Shown here piece after piece: positions 25,501 through 39,389 of a DNA stretch of 64,000 bases (position 1 is the first letter of the stretch; each line of letters begins with the position of its first letter). The translations under genes and the position numbers were made by a program. Below the pieces are notes generated by a model that saw only the letters and a program-made list of their open reading frames with translations, was not told the origin of the DNA and did not search any database. Source of the stretch: Lama glama (Eukaryota); contig CM052816.1 in the NCBI GenBank assembly GCA_028534125.1, positions 46,626,001 to 46,690,000 of the forward strand, given 5' to 3'.

Positions 25501-28500
25501 TTCAGTCCATTAAAAGCAGGTTTTGCCTCTTTGCTGCTTTCAAGGATTCCAAAGGTTCACTCACAATGTCAGACTACAATAAAATTCAGCGTAATGTGAA
25601 CCACTCTGTGATATTGCCTTTCCTTATTGCCTTTCAGTTACACTGTTCTAAATGCAATAAAGGAGAAGTTGTTTTGAATGGGACAGATAGAGAAATGAGC
25701 ATCATTCCCTGAGTTGAAAAGTCACAGACTGTAATATGCTAACAGCTTAGAGGAAAATTTCTTATACTGATGCTTGGTTATGCGTGTTTGAACATCTGAG
25801 TAACCTGAAAAGCATATAAGATTGCCTATTACACATCGTGGTGGTTTTTATTTGGCATGCATTCCACAACGGGCAATAAGGCAGTGCCCGCACCAGCTGC
25901 AAATGTACTGATGCGCTTTTCTGGGGAGCAAACCTAAGCAGCACTGTGGTCACAGAAAAGGCGAATTCATGTCCACTTGCTCTGCAGAGCAGCCCCCATG
26001 AGAATAAGGTGGCTTGACTCTTAGCAGCAAGTCAGAGCTGGGGAAACAGGCGCTGTCCAAGATACTGGGGGCTGTAAACCCAGGAATGCCCTGAGAGCTG
26101 CCAGTGGGGCCCCAAATGATCCTGAGCAGTTTGCATACAACCTTGGCACAGTGCAGACCTGTCTCTGCATTCATTAGCCTGAGGTGAGTTTCTTAACGGG
26201 AAGGCAAGAGCACGTGACGAAGCTTAGTTTTCTATGCCTTCTCTGGACACGCAAGCAAAGCAGAAACTTGAGGATAGCAGCGCTGATCTTTGCAGGTGAT
26301 GTCAGGAGCACTCCAAACACGAAAGGCAGATTTAAAATACTCAGGGTATATAATGGCTATTTTACATACAGTCATCTGTTTATTTGAAGATGAAAAGAAG
26401 GACTGCCAGACAATCCCGACCTATAAATACCACTAACCCCAGTCATTATTGTAAGTGTTTCCTTCACTCTCTAAGGAAAAAAAGGAGAAAGCTTTTAAAA
26501 AAACATTCAAAAGTAACATTTCAAGGGTAATTATACTTATATTTTAAAGGAACTTATCTTAAGAATATGAATGATTCCTGTCCAGCTCACATCTTGGGTC
26601 GTTTCGTGCAGAATTCCCACTAACGATCCCTTTGCCCAGTGCTTAAAATAAACCCATCTATTCCTTCTCCCAGAAAGAAAATAGCAAAAATCTCAATGGT
26701 TGCAGTGAAATTATCCCCTGCAACAGAGTGAGTCATTGAAGCCACTGCAGGCAAAAGCTCACTTCTTTGAAAACTTCTTCCCTGTCTTCCTTCCAGGGAA
26801 ACTGCCCCCGGCACACGACTGGAAAACACGCTGCTCAACCTCATGCACCAGCACAGTCTGAGGAAGTTTTGTTCAAAGTTAATGTTTCTGTATAAACTAT
26901 ACTTTCTTATTGACTTTCACCATAAAGTTAAAGCAGCAGACCACAGAAAGGACACGGTACTAAAACATTTGAAATTTCAGTTTAAAAGTTCCAACATTTG
27001 CTTCAATGGACATTCCTTGTGACTTTTTTTCATATATAACTATTAATTCTGCAAAACAGTAGAGCTGATTCTGCGTACTAATTCAAAACATACTTATTAT
27101 TAAAAAAGTAAGCATTCACAATTTCTTACATCTTTGACAGTTTTCCTTTAATATTTAAGAAGGCACACTGACTATACCAATTTTATAGTTATTCAGTAAG
27201 TAAGTACTCATTTGTTGGAAAATCAACATGAAGATTTTATTGATTAGAATCCACTAGGCTTGCCAGTAATTTTATACATAAGGTATTCATTTACTAATAC
27301 CTTCTTTTTCTCTTCCGTTCTACTCCAATTATTTAATTTTTAAGAGATGTGAGTTTTATGATTTCTATTTGAGATACCTCAAATCCGATAGATTGATTTC
27401 TTAAACTATATCTTCTTCATTTAAATCAACTAAAAAGCATAACAAAGGATCTACTATTTATGACACACCACTTTATGTCAATGAAATTAAGTTTTATAAA
27501 GTCAATCCATTTCTTCTGGAAATTTTTCAAATTTTTTTCAAAAAACATTCTTCATCTTTAATACTGAATTTCCACTTTTCTAAATGTTTATTGAAAGTTG
27601 CCCAGGCATTAGAGAAATTCTGAGTTTTTACTCCAACATAAAAAGAAAAATCTATCTACCAATATTCACAAGGTTCTTTAAAATTAAAAATCTCCAGCCT
27701 GCTTCATTCTAGGCAGTGTATTTACTGACACAGGTTTTTAAGAAATATAACAGGAAATATCAGTAAGTGTTTTATAAATCCTTCTCAAGGTACCAGTGCC
27801 TCCTATCATCTGTAAAAATTTAGAATTACAAAAGAGGGAAAGACAAGAAAATCTATGCACAATGCCATATGCTGAGCCAAATATACTTATGAAATCTTAG
27901 ACTCATGCCGAAAAAAAAAAAAAGTACCGAATGGTTATCTTGGTGGTATCAGCTCCCTCCACCAATATGCGCCTGAACTGACAACCTCAGAGAGACAAGC
28001 CACCACCTCAGCACCACTGCCCAAATGAGAACCAGAACCAAACATCCTGAGAAATTTCCTAAGAAAAAAATATAAAGAAAGAATCATAGAAAGTTAAGGC
28101 TGAAAGGAATTTTAGAGGTCACTGGCGATGAAATCACCTATTTTCATAGAATAAGATAAGAGCTGGAGAAACCATAACATTTTTATAATTTAAGAAATTA
28201 AAGAATATGTAAGTTCAAATCAAGCACTCTGAGAATACAGGTCCTTAAAAAATATTAGAAATAGTTCCAGCATGATTCAGTAAATTAATTAATAACTAGG
28301 GTTTAGCAGTTTTTATAACTTAGATAAAATGGATAATACACAAATTTAGAGCTTCCAGCTCCTACTTTTAGAACCTCTCTCTCCACCTCTTGTTGTCTTT
28401 TCCTGGCAACGTCTCTGTATGCTATTTCCTTAGGCCTATATTCAGCAGACTGACCTATGACTCCAATTAAACTATTAACTGTAGCAGTTTAGCACGTTAA

Positions 28501-29626
28501 TCTTGCAAGGGGTAATTCCCTTGAAGACTACAAGCTCTCAATACCCCAAAAAATGAACAGAAGAATTTCAAACAGTTGCTAAATAATAAGAATAATGTTT
28601 AGCTCTCAAAGGGTTCCAAATGTGTCCTCAGGGATGGTGATCTAGTCACAGACCTGTGACAGTCCTGAGGGTGGAAATTACTAATTGGGGAAATGATGTT
28701 TGCAACAAAGATGAATGGCAGAGTTTTGTTAGAATTACTCAATAATTAATTGTTCACTTCATAGAGCTGCTAAATAATAATAAATGCCACTTGGGGAATG
28801 GCACCATTTCTTCTCCAAAACATTTTCATGATGCAATTTGCTGGTAATAGGGGAAGAGATTGGTGGCAAGTACGCCTTTCCTTAAGAACATACACATCTT
28901 AATAATTAAGTCGTGTGTTGTAATTTTATCTGAGCAAGCAGAAATGCACATAGAAGTGCCTAAACTGTACCATAAGAACTTGATCTAAAACACAACCGTG
29001 GAATAGAATAAGAAGAGTAAATTATCACTAAGTGGAAGGTGGTAACACTAGTAGTTCAAAATTCAGAGTCTGCAAAGCAGCGCTACACAAATTAAAGCCC
29101 CAGGCATACGCCTCACTTGGGTGTGCAGAACCACATATCCATGCTGAAGAATTCTGTCTGTGGAGGTTTATAACAGCCAGCGAGACCAGCAAAGAAACCT
29201 ACAACATGGCATTTTTTTAGAGGAGAGTCATCTTTGGATAGGGGAGACTGTCTCCATTACAGTCAATGGCCGAACGGGCAATACTGATGTGAAAATTCCA
29301 TGGCTTCTATGAGAACCTTTACTGCTCCCCTGACCTTCTAAGGCCATTATCACTCTGTACATTTCATTGGAGATTTCTAGTGAGTCAGCGACAAAATCCA
29401 GAGTTGTTTAAAGTTATCACCTCAAACTTCCATAGTCAAGTTGTCCAGAAGTAGTCAGCAGTGGAAAGCCATGCCCTGAGACCAGACAGACCACTGATGT
29501 GGCAGAACAGGTATTGGTGGCATCTAAGGAACAAGTACACTGAGAAGTCAGGTGAAGATTGGGCACATTCTGGGAGCTCCATGGGGAATGAGCAGGAGCT
29601 ACAAGGATTCAGAAACAGAAGTTTTT

Positions 29627-29630
<4 letters not shown>

Positions 29631-29672
<42 letters not shown>
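29631..29672 (+). repeat. Perfect (TG)21 microsatellite
   Basis: Directly visible; it produces the VCVCVC run in ORF 29461..29703. Confidence 0.97.
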
Positions 29673-29676
<4 letters not shown>

Positions 29677-30721
29677 CTGGTAGTGAAGTACCCAGATGTT
29701 TAGTTCATATATTAACCTTGTGCTTGAATGTGAGCACACCTCCAAAGGCATAAACTAAGGTTTTGGGAAATCAAATGGCACATACTTACCTGCCCCCCAC
29801 CTCCTCAAAAAAAAAAAGAGAGAGAAAACAAAAAACAAAAGAGCAAAAGATCTTGTGAGAAGAGAAAGGGAGAAATGGGTAGGTAAGAGAGCAGAGATGG
29901 AGGCAAGGCAACACCTAACAAGGTCAGCCCTTCTTGGAGGTGAGGCTAGATTACCTAGAACTATGCTGAAATGTTCCATAGACAATTGAGCCTTTCTATC
30001 TTCCACTTTTTTACATTGCTTTCTCTGACATTCTAGAATCAGATTATCAGCTGGCATTTCTCATTTCCTTCATTGGCCTGGATCTACAAATACGATAATC
30101 CCAAATTTGAGTAATCTGCCCCTTCTGATTTCCTAAAGGCATGGAAACAAACAAAAGCTTGTTAGAACTAAGAGTAAGAATGACTTGGCTCCTTCGGGAT
30201 AGAAGAATGAAGAGCTCTTCTACCATGACTTCTACCATGTGGACTTCTTTCCTTTGTATTCCTATGCCCTTCTGATTATTTCTTAATTCCTAACTATGGT
30301 CTGAATATTTAAAATTGACCAGTTGCTACGTGCAATATTAGTATTTCAGGCTTTATAGTTAATTTTCTCTACAAACTTTAGTTCTGAACCGCAGTGAACT
30401 CTTTTAAACCAAAATGGTGGGCAGGTGGTTCTGCTCTTCCTTTATGAGTTGTGCGGTGTATCTGAATTATTTCTCATATATGAGTGTTACACTGAAAGCA
30501 ATGATGCTGGCTCCACAAAAATGAATCGTGCATGAGAATAAACACATTATTTGAGGTAAATGAACCCTGTAAGGGCTCTTGAATGTCAATGATATGCATG
30601 GAGAGTGTTTTGTTTATAGACAGATTTCCCAACATGTCTGGTATATCAGAGATTGTGGTGATAGGTGAACTCCCACAAATGACCAGAGGCTGGGGCACAA
30701 ATATTGTACCAAGTTACATCA

Positions 30722-31200
30722 CCGTCAACAAACATTTATACGGCATCAATTTAGGCCAGGTACTATTCAAGACCAAAGGAATATAAAGATGAATATGATA
30801 TGTGAGCCTTATGTTCTTAAGGCTCACAGTCTAGCCTGAGAGATAAAGATATCTTCAAGTCCTTACAGTGTGATTCAGTATGAATAAATGCCAACCACAG
30901 GGACAGAGCAGAAGGACCTACTGACTTCCAGGGTAAGAGTCACCAAGGAGATGTCACTTGAACCCTATATTGAACGAGTGAATACATGTTCCAAAGACGG
31001 ATAAAACTGAAATGCCTTCCTGGCAGAAGACATTCCAGATATGGTCAGAACATGGAAACATTTAGTCATTCATAGCGTGGTGTAGCTGTAAAGAAGTAAT
31101 GTAGAAGAGCCTGAAAGGTAAACAAGCATGAAGCCTTCTGTGCCACGCTGAGGCACCTAGACTTTATCCTGGAGGTGACAGCACATCATGGTAGCTTTCT
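30722..31200 (-). mobile_element. LINE-2 fragment
   Basis: TCAACAAACATTTA...GCCAGGTACTATTC...GCTCACAGTCTAG...GACTTTATCCTG, antisense L2 3' region pattern. Confidence 0.65.
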
Positions 31201-32600
31201 AATCATAACTGATAATCCATCAAGAAAACAAAACACGCAATTTAAAGTTTTGTGATGTATTTAATTACCCTCTACCTTCACCCCATTTAGAAGTTTTCGC
31301 ATATTACCACTCCCCAGAAACACAGCCAGAGCAGAGTGGCCCTGGGCCCCTCGTGGAGGATTTGGGCCCTGGAGAGAAAACCTCTCCAGTTCTCGGGCGA
31401 CCATTTATTTTAAACCTAATTTTACACCCAAACCATGGCTACTATTTTGCAACATACCCAAATAACACAGAACCCAACCCATCAGGAAAGTATTTCCGAA
31501 CATTAGGAATATCCAGGAAAAGGGATTTCATCTTGCACGTCCCAGAAAAACATAATAAAACTTTCATACAAGAATTTACAGCATGATTGATAACCTCACT
31601 TTTGTCTCATGAAATTCTCAGTATCCTGAGAAAGTTCAAAAGCTAATGGGAAGCAGTCCCATCCTCCTTCATCCACCAGTAAAACCCAGTCACCTTGCAA
31701 ATTGGAAGATTATGGCCTTCAGGAGTGACAGGGTAACAGGAAGTGCAACTGTTCAAGCTACCAACGTAACAGATTTCTGATACCTCACAGGCGTCAGTCA
31801 GTAAAGAACAACTTACCTTCACGTCCCTCCTGAGAGCTACTGTCAGGAGATGAGCTCAGAATGTGTATAGAAGAGCATGATTGTAAGTGTTCACTTAGAG
31901 AAAGGAATTTCTTGTTATACCGTACACACAAGTAATGATTTTATTTTCCTTACACTCATTGCTTTTGGCTACCAATAATATATCTCTACATGGATTGAAC
32001 CAAAGCCTTGGGAAGATGTTGGGAGTGAGAAGACCCGAGTTCCAGACAGATTATGCACTTCTGGAAATACACACAAAATCAGAGTTAAGGAAGAGACTAA
32101 GACTAGACCTTCGTAAATCACAGAAATGTGATGCTGTTATTCAAGACAAAAAAGTCATTATCAGTACAATTCTAATGGAGGTGTACAAAATAAAAATTTA
32201 TGAAAGTGAAAAATCTGCAAGGAAAAAAGAGCATGTCCATGGTTTTCCTGCCTGCAAGCCCTTCTCTATCTTCTTTTTTATAAACCACTCAAGTTTTTTT
32301 AATCAGTTGCTTAATCAGAGGATCTCAACACCCCATGGGAAATCTCTCCTTTCTTCTCCGTTGACTACATGAAAATAAAGATGCTAGCTGTGGCAAGTTT
32401 TTCCCAAGGATTTCTGCTTCCTAAAATGTTTAATTGACAACGGAAACAAGACAGGCCTCAAAGGTTATCTCAATTATATTGATTTTCATTTTATTTCCAT
32501 TAGCAACTTTTTGTTAACTTTTCAAATAATGCATTGTTACCTTGACCCATTTTTTAGATGCCTCAATGGATCTGAAAGGCAGTAATTTGGGACTTAAAAT

Positions 32601-32788
32601 TTGAACTTTCAACTGCTATATTTTTAGTACAACCTAAAGGTGTTCACGGGAAAATGTGGATCTAGATTAGAAAATACAGAGTTGTTTTATGAAAGCCACT
32701 AACTACCCTTTCTAGTTCAAATCTCTTTTCATCCTTAATTTTTCCTAAAATTTTTTTTCACTAATATTTTTAGCTAATTACTTGCTCA
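32601..32788 (+). repeat. Copy 1 of a diverged ~180-bp direct repeat
   Basis: Colinear with 36200-36368 (shared CAACCTAAAG, TGGATCTAG, TTAGAAAAT, TCTCTTTTCA, TTTTTAGCTAATTACTTGCTCA). Confidence 0.9.
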
Positions 32789-35249
32789 ATTAATTGGGTT
32801 AATTTTACTAGTGGGTTTTAAGATTGTGTCCCTGTGCTAAATAAGAGAATTAAAACATTTTAAAACTATGTATGCTAATTTAATGTTGTGGTGTAAGTGT
32901 ATACTTTTTATTTTATTTTATAGCATAAAGGTTTCAGACACTGTACTTCATATTCCAATTCCTACAAGAAATTGTTGAGATTCAGGAATCATGCACCATG
33001 CCTGAGTTCTTGGAAACTATGTGTCTGCTATGGTGGCTGTTGGCTCCTGTGAATGGAAAAAAGTGCCACAGAGAATTTCAACCAACATGAAGCAACTGTT
33101 CCAAAGAATGTGGCTTAAGATTTTCAAAGACCAGTCAGACAGTTAAAGCATGCAGCTGTACTAGAAGGTGACCAAGAATAAGAATAGATGAATCAAATAA
33201 CAAATGCATTACAAGACAGGTCTGAGTTGCCAGGACTAAGTTAAGTTTTGTATTTTTACCTGAAGAGTATTCATATTTCACAAGAAATTACATTAAAATA
33301 ACATAAACAGACTGAGGACAAATTTTTAAAATGAGCAGTGGTAAATAAAATGGTAAATAAATCATGCCCAAAGTCAAAAGAATAAAAGGTTATCAAAAGT
33401 CATTTTGACAATGGGAAAGACCTAAATCCTATATGTTCTTTTACAGATAGCACAGATGACAATTTTAAATCACACTAAAATTCAACTACAAAATTCTCCC
33501 AGAATAAATTAGCTTCCAAAAATCAAACATTTTCAGAAGCCTATAAAAAAAAAGATAAGTGTGAAGTGTAGGCCTTCTGTGGAATCACCAAAATCTCTCA
33601 GCTCTTTATTCTTCTTTCTAAAAAGTTTCCCTGCCGAAATATAATTTACAGAACATGCAGAAAATAAATGTACGATGGGCCAAAAAAAGTAGGAGGCTTG
33701 AAGCTACAATGACAATTTAGAAAATGAGTATCAGTGTTACTCAACTTCAACCCATCTCTTCTTGGTGAACGTTAACTCATGATTTCTGAAGGAAATAGGG
33801 CTTGACCAATGCCATTGTGAATTACTTATACAAATTAAATATGCCACTTCTATAGAAAACTTTAGGTCAGCAGCAGATGTTGGTAAATTCCTACAGAAAT
33901 GCATGCCCAGAGAATGTTTTTTTTTTTCAAATGGCAGAAATCTGCTAGCTATTCCTGCCTTATCTGCAACAGCTGAGCAATCTTTCAGTGCCACGCGGAG
34001 ACGGAAAACTTGGCTCAGATATAGCGTGGACAAGCTTGCCTTAATCACATTGCTCTTTTACATGTGCACAAGGACATCAACATTGACAGTACAGAGTAAA
34101 GCAGCCATTTGCTGAAAACAACTGTCAACGTTGTCAAGTTTTTGGAACCTCTTATAATGTGATTTGTATGACAAATCTTGTGGCATTTTGTTTGTCAGCA
34201 ACAGTAGTGAATTTCCATGTTCTGGGAAGGCAGGAGAACTGTTCAGAAGTGGATTCAGTTTCCTCACACAGACTGTGTCGAAGGAAAACAGTTATTAATT
34301 TTAAAATGACAGATTTCAAATAGATCTCGAATTTTAAAAGTGAAATTTCATTTAAAAAAAATCACACAAGTCTATTTTCTCCGTTCCGCTCAAACCTTGA
34401 AAAATTGCAACAGTCGTTCAATTTTCTTTGTTGCACTCCGGGTTTTGAGAACTGTTACTGTAAAAATATTAATATTTTCTGAGATTGGGATCTGTAGCAG
34501 TAATTACTGGGGTGTGTTCTAAGTGACAACAGTGGGTTCATTCGTTTTCTCAAGAACTAGGTGTGCCCTGCCACACAGCTCATGAAATCGGATGTAACGA
34601 GTTATAACTAACCTAGCACACACCAGTGTTATTCAACAATGTGCCTATTAAGAGACGAGTACAGAGATCTTATGGTTCATTAGTTTTTCAACATTTCCTT
34701 TATTACTACTCTGAGCTGCGTTTTTCATACAGCTCTTTCTTAATGTGCTTCACACGATTGTCCTCAGCCAAGATCCTCCCCTGTGTAGGCTTGCACAGGC
34801 CATGTGACAGACCGCATATCCTCCCTCCCTGCACCTGCCAAGATGCCCTTGGGTGCCTGGGACAGACGTACCCACCCAGCCAGGAAAATCTCAGGTTCTG
34901 CACATCTATACGACATATGGTTCCTTTATAACAGATCTGACAAAGTCTAATGAGACAATCTTTTGTATATTTCCTCTCATGTGGATCTATCTGGTTAGAG
35001 AATTCCAGAAAAAGATATTCTTTCCCCCGTTACGATCCCCTCTCCTCAAAACACACTAAACATATTGCCTAGAAACACCCTTATAAATATTAGGTACTCA
35101 ATGTTTTTTCTTCACTGAGTTGAACTGAAATGATAATTAAAACTAAGACACAGTTGCAGAATGAATGCTTCAAACTCCACGGTATTCAATTCTCCCTCAT
35201 TTTTTCCTTCCCTTTATTTTTCCGGAAGACTCCTAAATGAGGTGCCTAG

Positions 35250-35537
35250 AGTAGTGATGGAAATACACAATGCAAGCCATAAACGCAAGTCACATAGATA
35301 ATTTTAAATTTTTTAGCAGCCATGTTAAAAAGTAAGCAGAAACAGATGAATTAATTTTAATATTTTTATTTAATCCAACATATCCATAATGTTATGTAAA
35401 ATATTCCTGTTTCTTTGTAGTCACTTTTGAAGTCTGGTGTGTATTCTGTACTTACAACACGTCCCAAACAGGACTAGGCACATTGCAAGTGCTCAGTAGC
35501 CCCAGAGGCTAGCGGCTGCCATACTGGACAACAGAGT
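35250..35537. mobile_element. MER33-like hAT-Charlie DNA transposon
   Basis: TAATTTTAAATTTTTTAGCAGCCATGTTAAAAAGTAA...CTGGTGTGTATT...GCACATTGCAAGTGCTCAGTAGCC...ATACTGGACAACAG resembles the MER33 consensus (recall). Confidence 0.8.
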
Positions 35538-35539
35538 TC

Positions 35540-35682
35540 TGGAGACCTCAGTTCTGGTACTACTTTGTCCACTTGCTTGTGTGACTTCATGTAAGTCTTT
35601 TCTAGGGAGTCTCATTTTCTCCATCTCTTAAAAGGGCTTTAATAATGCCTTCCTGTTTTATCTGCAGGTAGTTTGTGACGAA
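35540..35682 (+). mobile_element. MIR SINE fragment
   Basis: CACTTGCTTGTGTGACTTCATGTAAGTC...CTCATTTTCTCCATCT...TAATAATGCCT core. Confidence 0.6.
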
Positions 35683-36199
35683 CACAAGCAAAAATACATT
35701 TTTTTTCAAAACTATTTTGAAACCTAGGGTGTTCGAAGTTTTAATTTGTTGCTACTATTTCCTTTTTCATTCCCCAGAAATCCCTCACTTTTCCCTGTTT
35801 TCTTTCCTTTTTTTTTTCTTTTAGTTACTGGCTGCTAGTTAAAAATTATATATGGGAAGGTTCGATGTGTTTTATGGTTTAAAAAACTATTGTCAAATGT
35901 TTAAAGTATCTGTCAGTCTCTCCTCTCAGTAGCATTTTACCTTCCTGAAATCCCAAGCTTAGGATAACATCAATAGCTTGTCTCTTCTATAATGGTCACT
36001 ATTTCTAAAAGACACTCACATTCCATGGTTCTGGTACCTTTCTTCTACCTTCTAGTTGGGCTTCATACTTTAAGACTTAGCTGAATGTCAAAGACAATGC
36101 AGAGGTTAAAAGGCAGGATCTCAGTACCTAGATTTATTTTAAACATCCAGCTCACTCTCTATTTATAAAAAAAGTTAAAATTGAAAATTATGTATGTGG

Positions 36200-36368
36200 T
36201 TGAAATTTCAATCACTCTATTTTTAGCACAACCTAAAGATGTTCATAAGAAAACATGGATCTAGTTTAGAAAATGGAGAGTTTTACGAGAGCCACCACCG
36301 TTTCCAGTTCAAGTCTCTTTTCACCCTTAAGTTTTCTTAAAAGAATTTTTTAGCTAATTACTTGCTCA
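36200..36368 (+). repeat. Copy 2 of a diverged ~180-bp direct repeat
   Basis: Colinear with 32601-32788; contains CTATTTTTAG at 36217-36226. Confidence 0.9.
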
Positions 36369-36479
36369 TGGGTTGGAAAGACTTGGATAAGAAACCTTCC
36401 TTCACATGCCCACTGCTCCATTTCTTTAAATTCTGAAAACCTCCTTTGCCATATCATGATCCTCCAGACTATTTCACAT

Positions 36480-36555
36480 TCATTTTCATTCTCTCCATCT
36501 CTCCTTCCCTCTTTCCCTCTCTCTCTGACGCTCTCTCTCTTCCCCTTGCCCTCGC
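36480..36555 (+). repeat. Polypyrimidine (CT-rich) low-complexity tract
   Basis: Directly visible TC/TCC-rich run. Confidence 0.75.
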
Positions 36556-39389
36556 AATCTCGTCCTAAGAGTGTTTTTAGACTAAAGCTACGTGGTGACC
36601 ACACCCCTCTCCTTTCCCTACTCTTTCTTTAGAGCAGCTCGTGTGTAGTGTCTGGCAGGCTGGAAGTCGGCTGTGGCAAAAGAAACTTGAACTTTTTGTT
36701 TGTTTGTTTATCAACAACCACTGTCCAGCATCCTATAAATATATCACTTAAAAGAAATTATAAATTTAACACATAGCATGTATTAAGTTATAAAGCATCT
36801 TAGAAATTAATCTAGCAGAATCCAGAAGTATCACTAGCTGCTACTCATCTATCCCAGTAAAAAAGCAATCTATCTGAACAGTGATCTAAACATTGTGGGT
36901 TTTTTTTTAATGCTTTTGAATGCGATCTTAATCACCATTTCCAGTGATGTGTCTACATACCAGCTGCAGCCCCGCTGATTAGAGCATCAATACCAATTGA
37001 TTTTCTAACACATACTCGCAATGTCTATTGTATCTCATTGCACACTGTACACTATTGGTATTTAGCCAAAGCTAAGAGGAGGAAAAAAAGATTTTGTGTA
37101 TAGAACACATGGGCTCCAGAGAGTTTCATAATTCCCAGGAGAACAGAAGAATCAGGTACTCAATGTCAGACTAAATGGTTTCTCACAGTTAATGTGTTTG
37201 GTGGCCAGAGGCTCAAATAATTCTCTTGTCCAGAGCCCGGGTTACTCAGCTGTATAATAACCTCCAAAATCTCTTCTTTGAAAAGGACTCAGGATTCATG
37301 GCTTTAATTTTGCCACCGATAATATGAAAAGTATACTCTGTATAGCACTGAGCAAGCATTCACTCTCAGCTTCCACTATAATGAAATTCTAATTGTTTCT
37401 AAAGTTGAGGAAGGATAAAATGGTTAATCTCCGTGATGACAAAAGGAAGCCAGGAAAATAAAGTGACACACTTGAATGAACGGTGAGGAAATAAAGTGCA
37501 CAACATGCGATAATGCCATGACTCCGTGTTATTGCGCATTTCTGGGCTGAAAAGATATGGCTTGATGGGTAATTTGTCACGCTGTGCAATAGAGAACAAC
37601 AGTAAAGAGACTTCAGACAGAAGAAAATTACACAAATAGTAGGGTGGAAAGGTATAATTGAAGATGGCAAAAGATTGAAAGAAAGACATTTAAAATTACT
37701 GTACTGACCTACTAAATGCACTTGGGCGTGGAATCCTGGCCTCACAAGAAGAGGCATTAAATGACTGCGGGCTGTGACACTACTGCGGAGCAATGCCAAT
37801 CTCCCGAGCTCTCTGGCGGAGAAACACACAATGCACAGCCTCGCTTGAACAGCCTCCACCTGCTTTCTTTCCGGGAGGAGCCTGGGCTTCCGGTGAACTT
37901 AGGGAAAGTTTCCTAAATAAGTTTTGTGGTTTTTTTTTTTAATTATGAGTAGATTTTGTTCAGTATTGGGAATGGCGGGGGGGGGGAGCTTAACTCCTTA
38001 ACTTTCTAAAGTCAGTAAATCTCTACTCTGTAAAACTGCAAAACCAGTGTAATAGTTTGATTAACAAATTCATGCAAAAGGGTTTTGCTTCTCACATCTG
38101 GTTGAGTTTCTTCGGGACTGAAGAGTCCAAGAGAGCAGCGTGACATTGTGCAAAGCACATCCGTAAGTCTAAGAACAGGAGACACGAGCACTAGCCCCAC
38201 GTCCTCTGAGGGCTCATTAATCATGCACTGTTCCAGGCAAGTGGCTTAAGCTCGCTAAGCCCAGCACTCTTCTCGGTGGAATCTTGGACCAGATACTTTC
38301 TAAAACTTTCTACCAGCCCCATGATTCTACCCCAAAGATCAGAACCTCCAAAAAAGCTTCTCAATAAAGGTTATTTCCTTCTCCTTCCTTAAAGCAGGGG
38401 ATATCCCAACCAACCAGAGTTTGTAATGGCACAGGTCATTCACCCTCTTTGTTCCCTTCAACCTGAGAAATACACCTCCTACCTGTCATGTAAGGTGATT
38501 ATATGGGAATTTTATAAAGTCATTCCCAGTGACAGTTAATCATAAAGATCATTCTGATCTTTCTATTTCTTACATATAACTGAAAAATCACAACTTACCT
38601 TTAGAAAGCTAATTCTTATTGACAATAAAGAACTTACTACGGGAATAGGATGTTTCTTTATGTAAAGGGAAGTGCTATCTTTGATGATAACACTAAATAA
38701 GAAATTGAGTGGTAGCACTTTCGCAGTTCTTACTATTACTACCAACTCTACATTGCCCCATGATTTCTTCCAGGAAGCAGAAATCTTAGGTTATAATGCC
38801 ATGAACTGCTCAAAAGTGTTTTCCAATGGGAAGCATCCCAAATATATCACAGGTTGGGTAAAAAAAAAAGTGTAAAAATTATTCGTAATTAATGAAACAG
38901 TGTTTTCCATTTTAAAAACAATTCTTGTAACTTGGAAGATGCTAAATAAGCTTAAAAATGAGGACTTAATAAAATCTTTCTATGTAAATGACATAATAAG
39001 GAATACATTAAGTTAAAAGATTTCAAACTTGTAAGGGTAAATAAATTTTAAAGGCACTGAGAAAGACTACGTAAAACAGACTTACAACACACTCTGGGAA
39101 AACATCTAGATTTGCCTTTAGGGACTCACCAGACAACCACCCTGCACCAAAAAAGGTCCTTAACATCACAAATAGAATCGGGGGCTAGATTTCATCATGA
39201 GACTTCACTATATTTTTTCCATTATTATATTCCTTTTCTTCAAGTTAGACATTTCAGATTTTTAGTATCTTGTATGTTTTATATTTACAAATTATAATAT
39301 TGATGATAATGAGGAGCAGGTACTATATACAATTCTATCCAAAAAAAATTCTTTTCATTAATTTATTTCAATACAGAAGGCTTACTTTA

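Noticed and set aside
32601..36368. Intact LTR retroelement with two ~180-bp LTRs
   Set aside because: There is no TSD, primer-binding site, polypurine tract or gag/pol remnant, and the interior contains ancient MER33/MIR and unique DNA.
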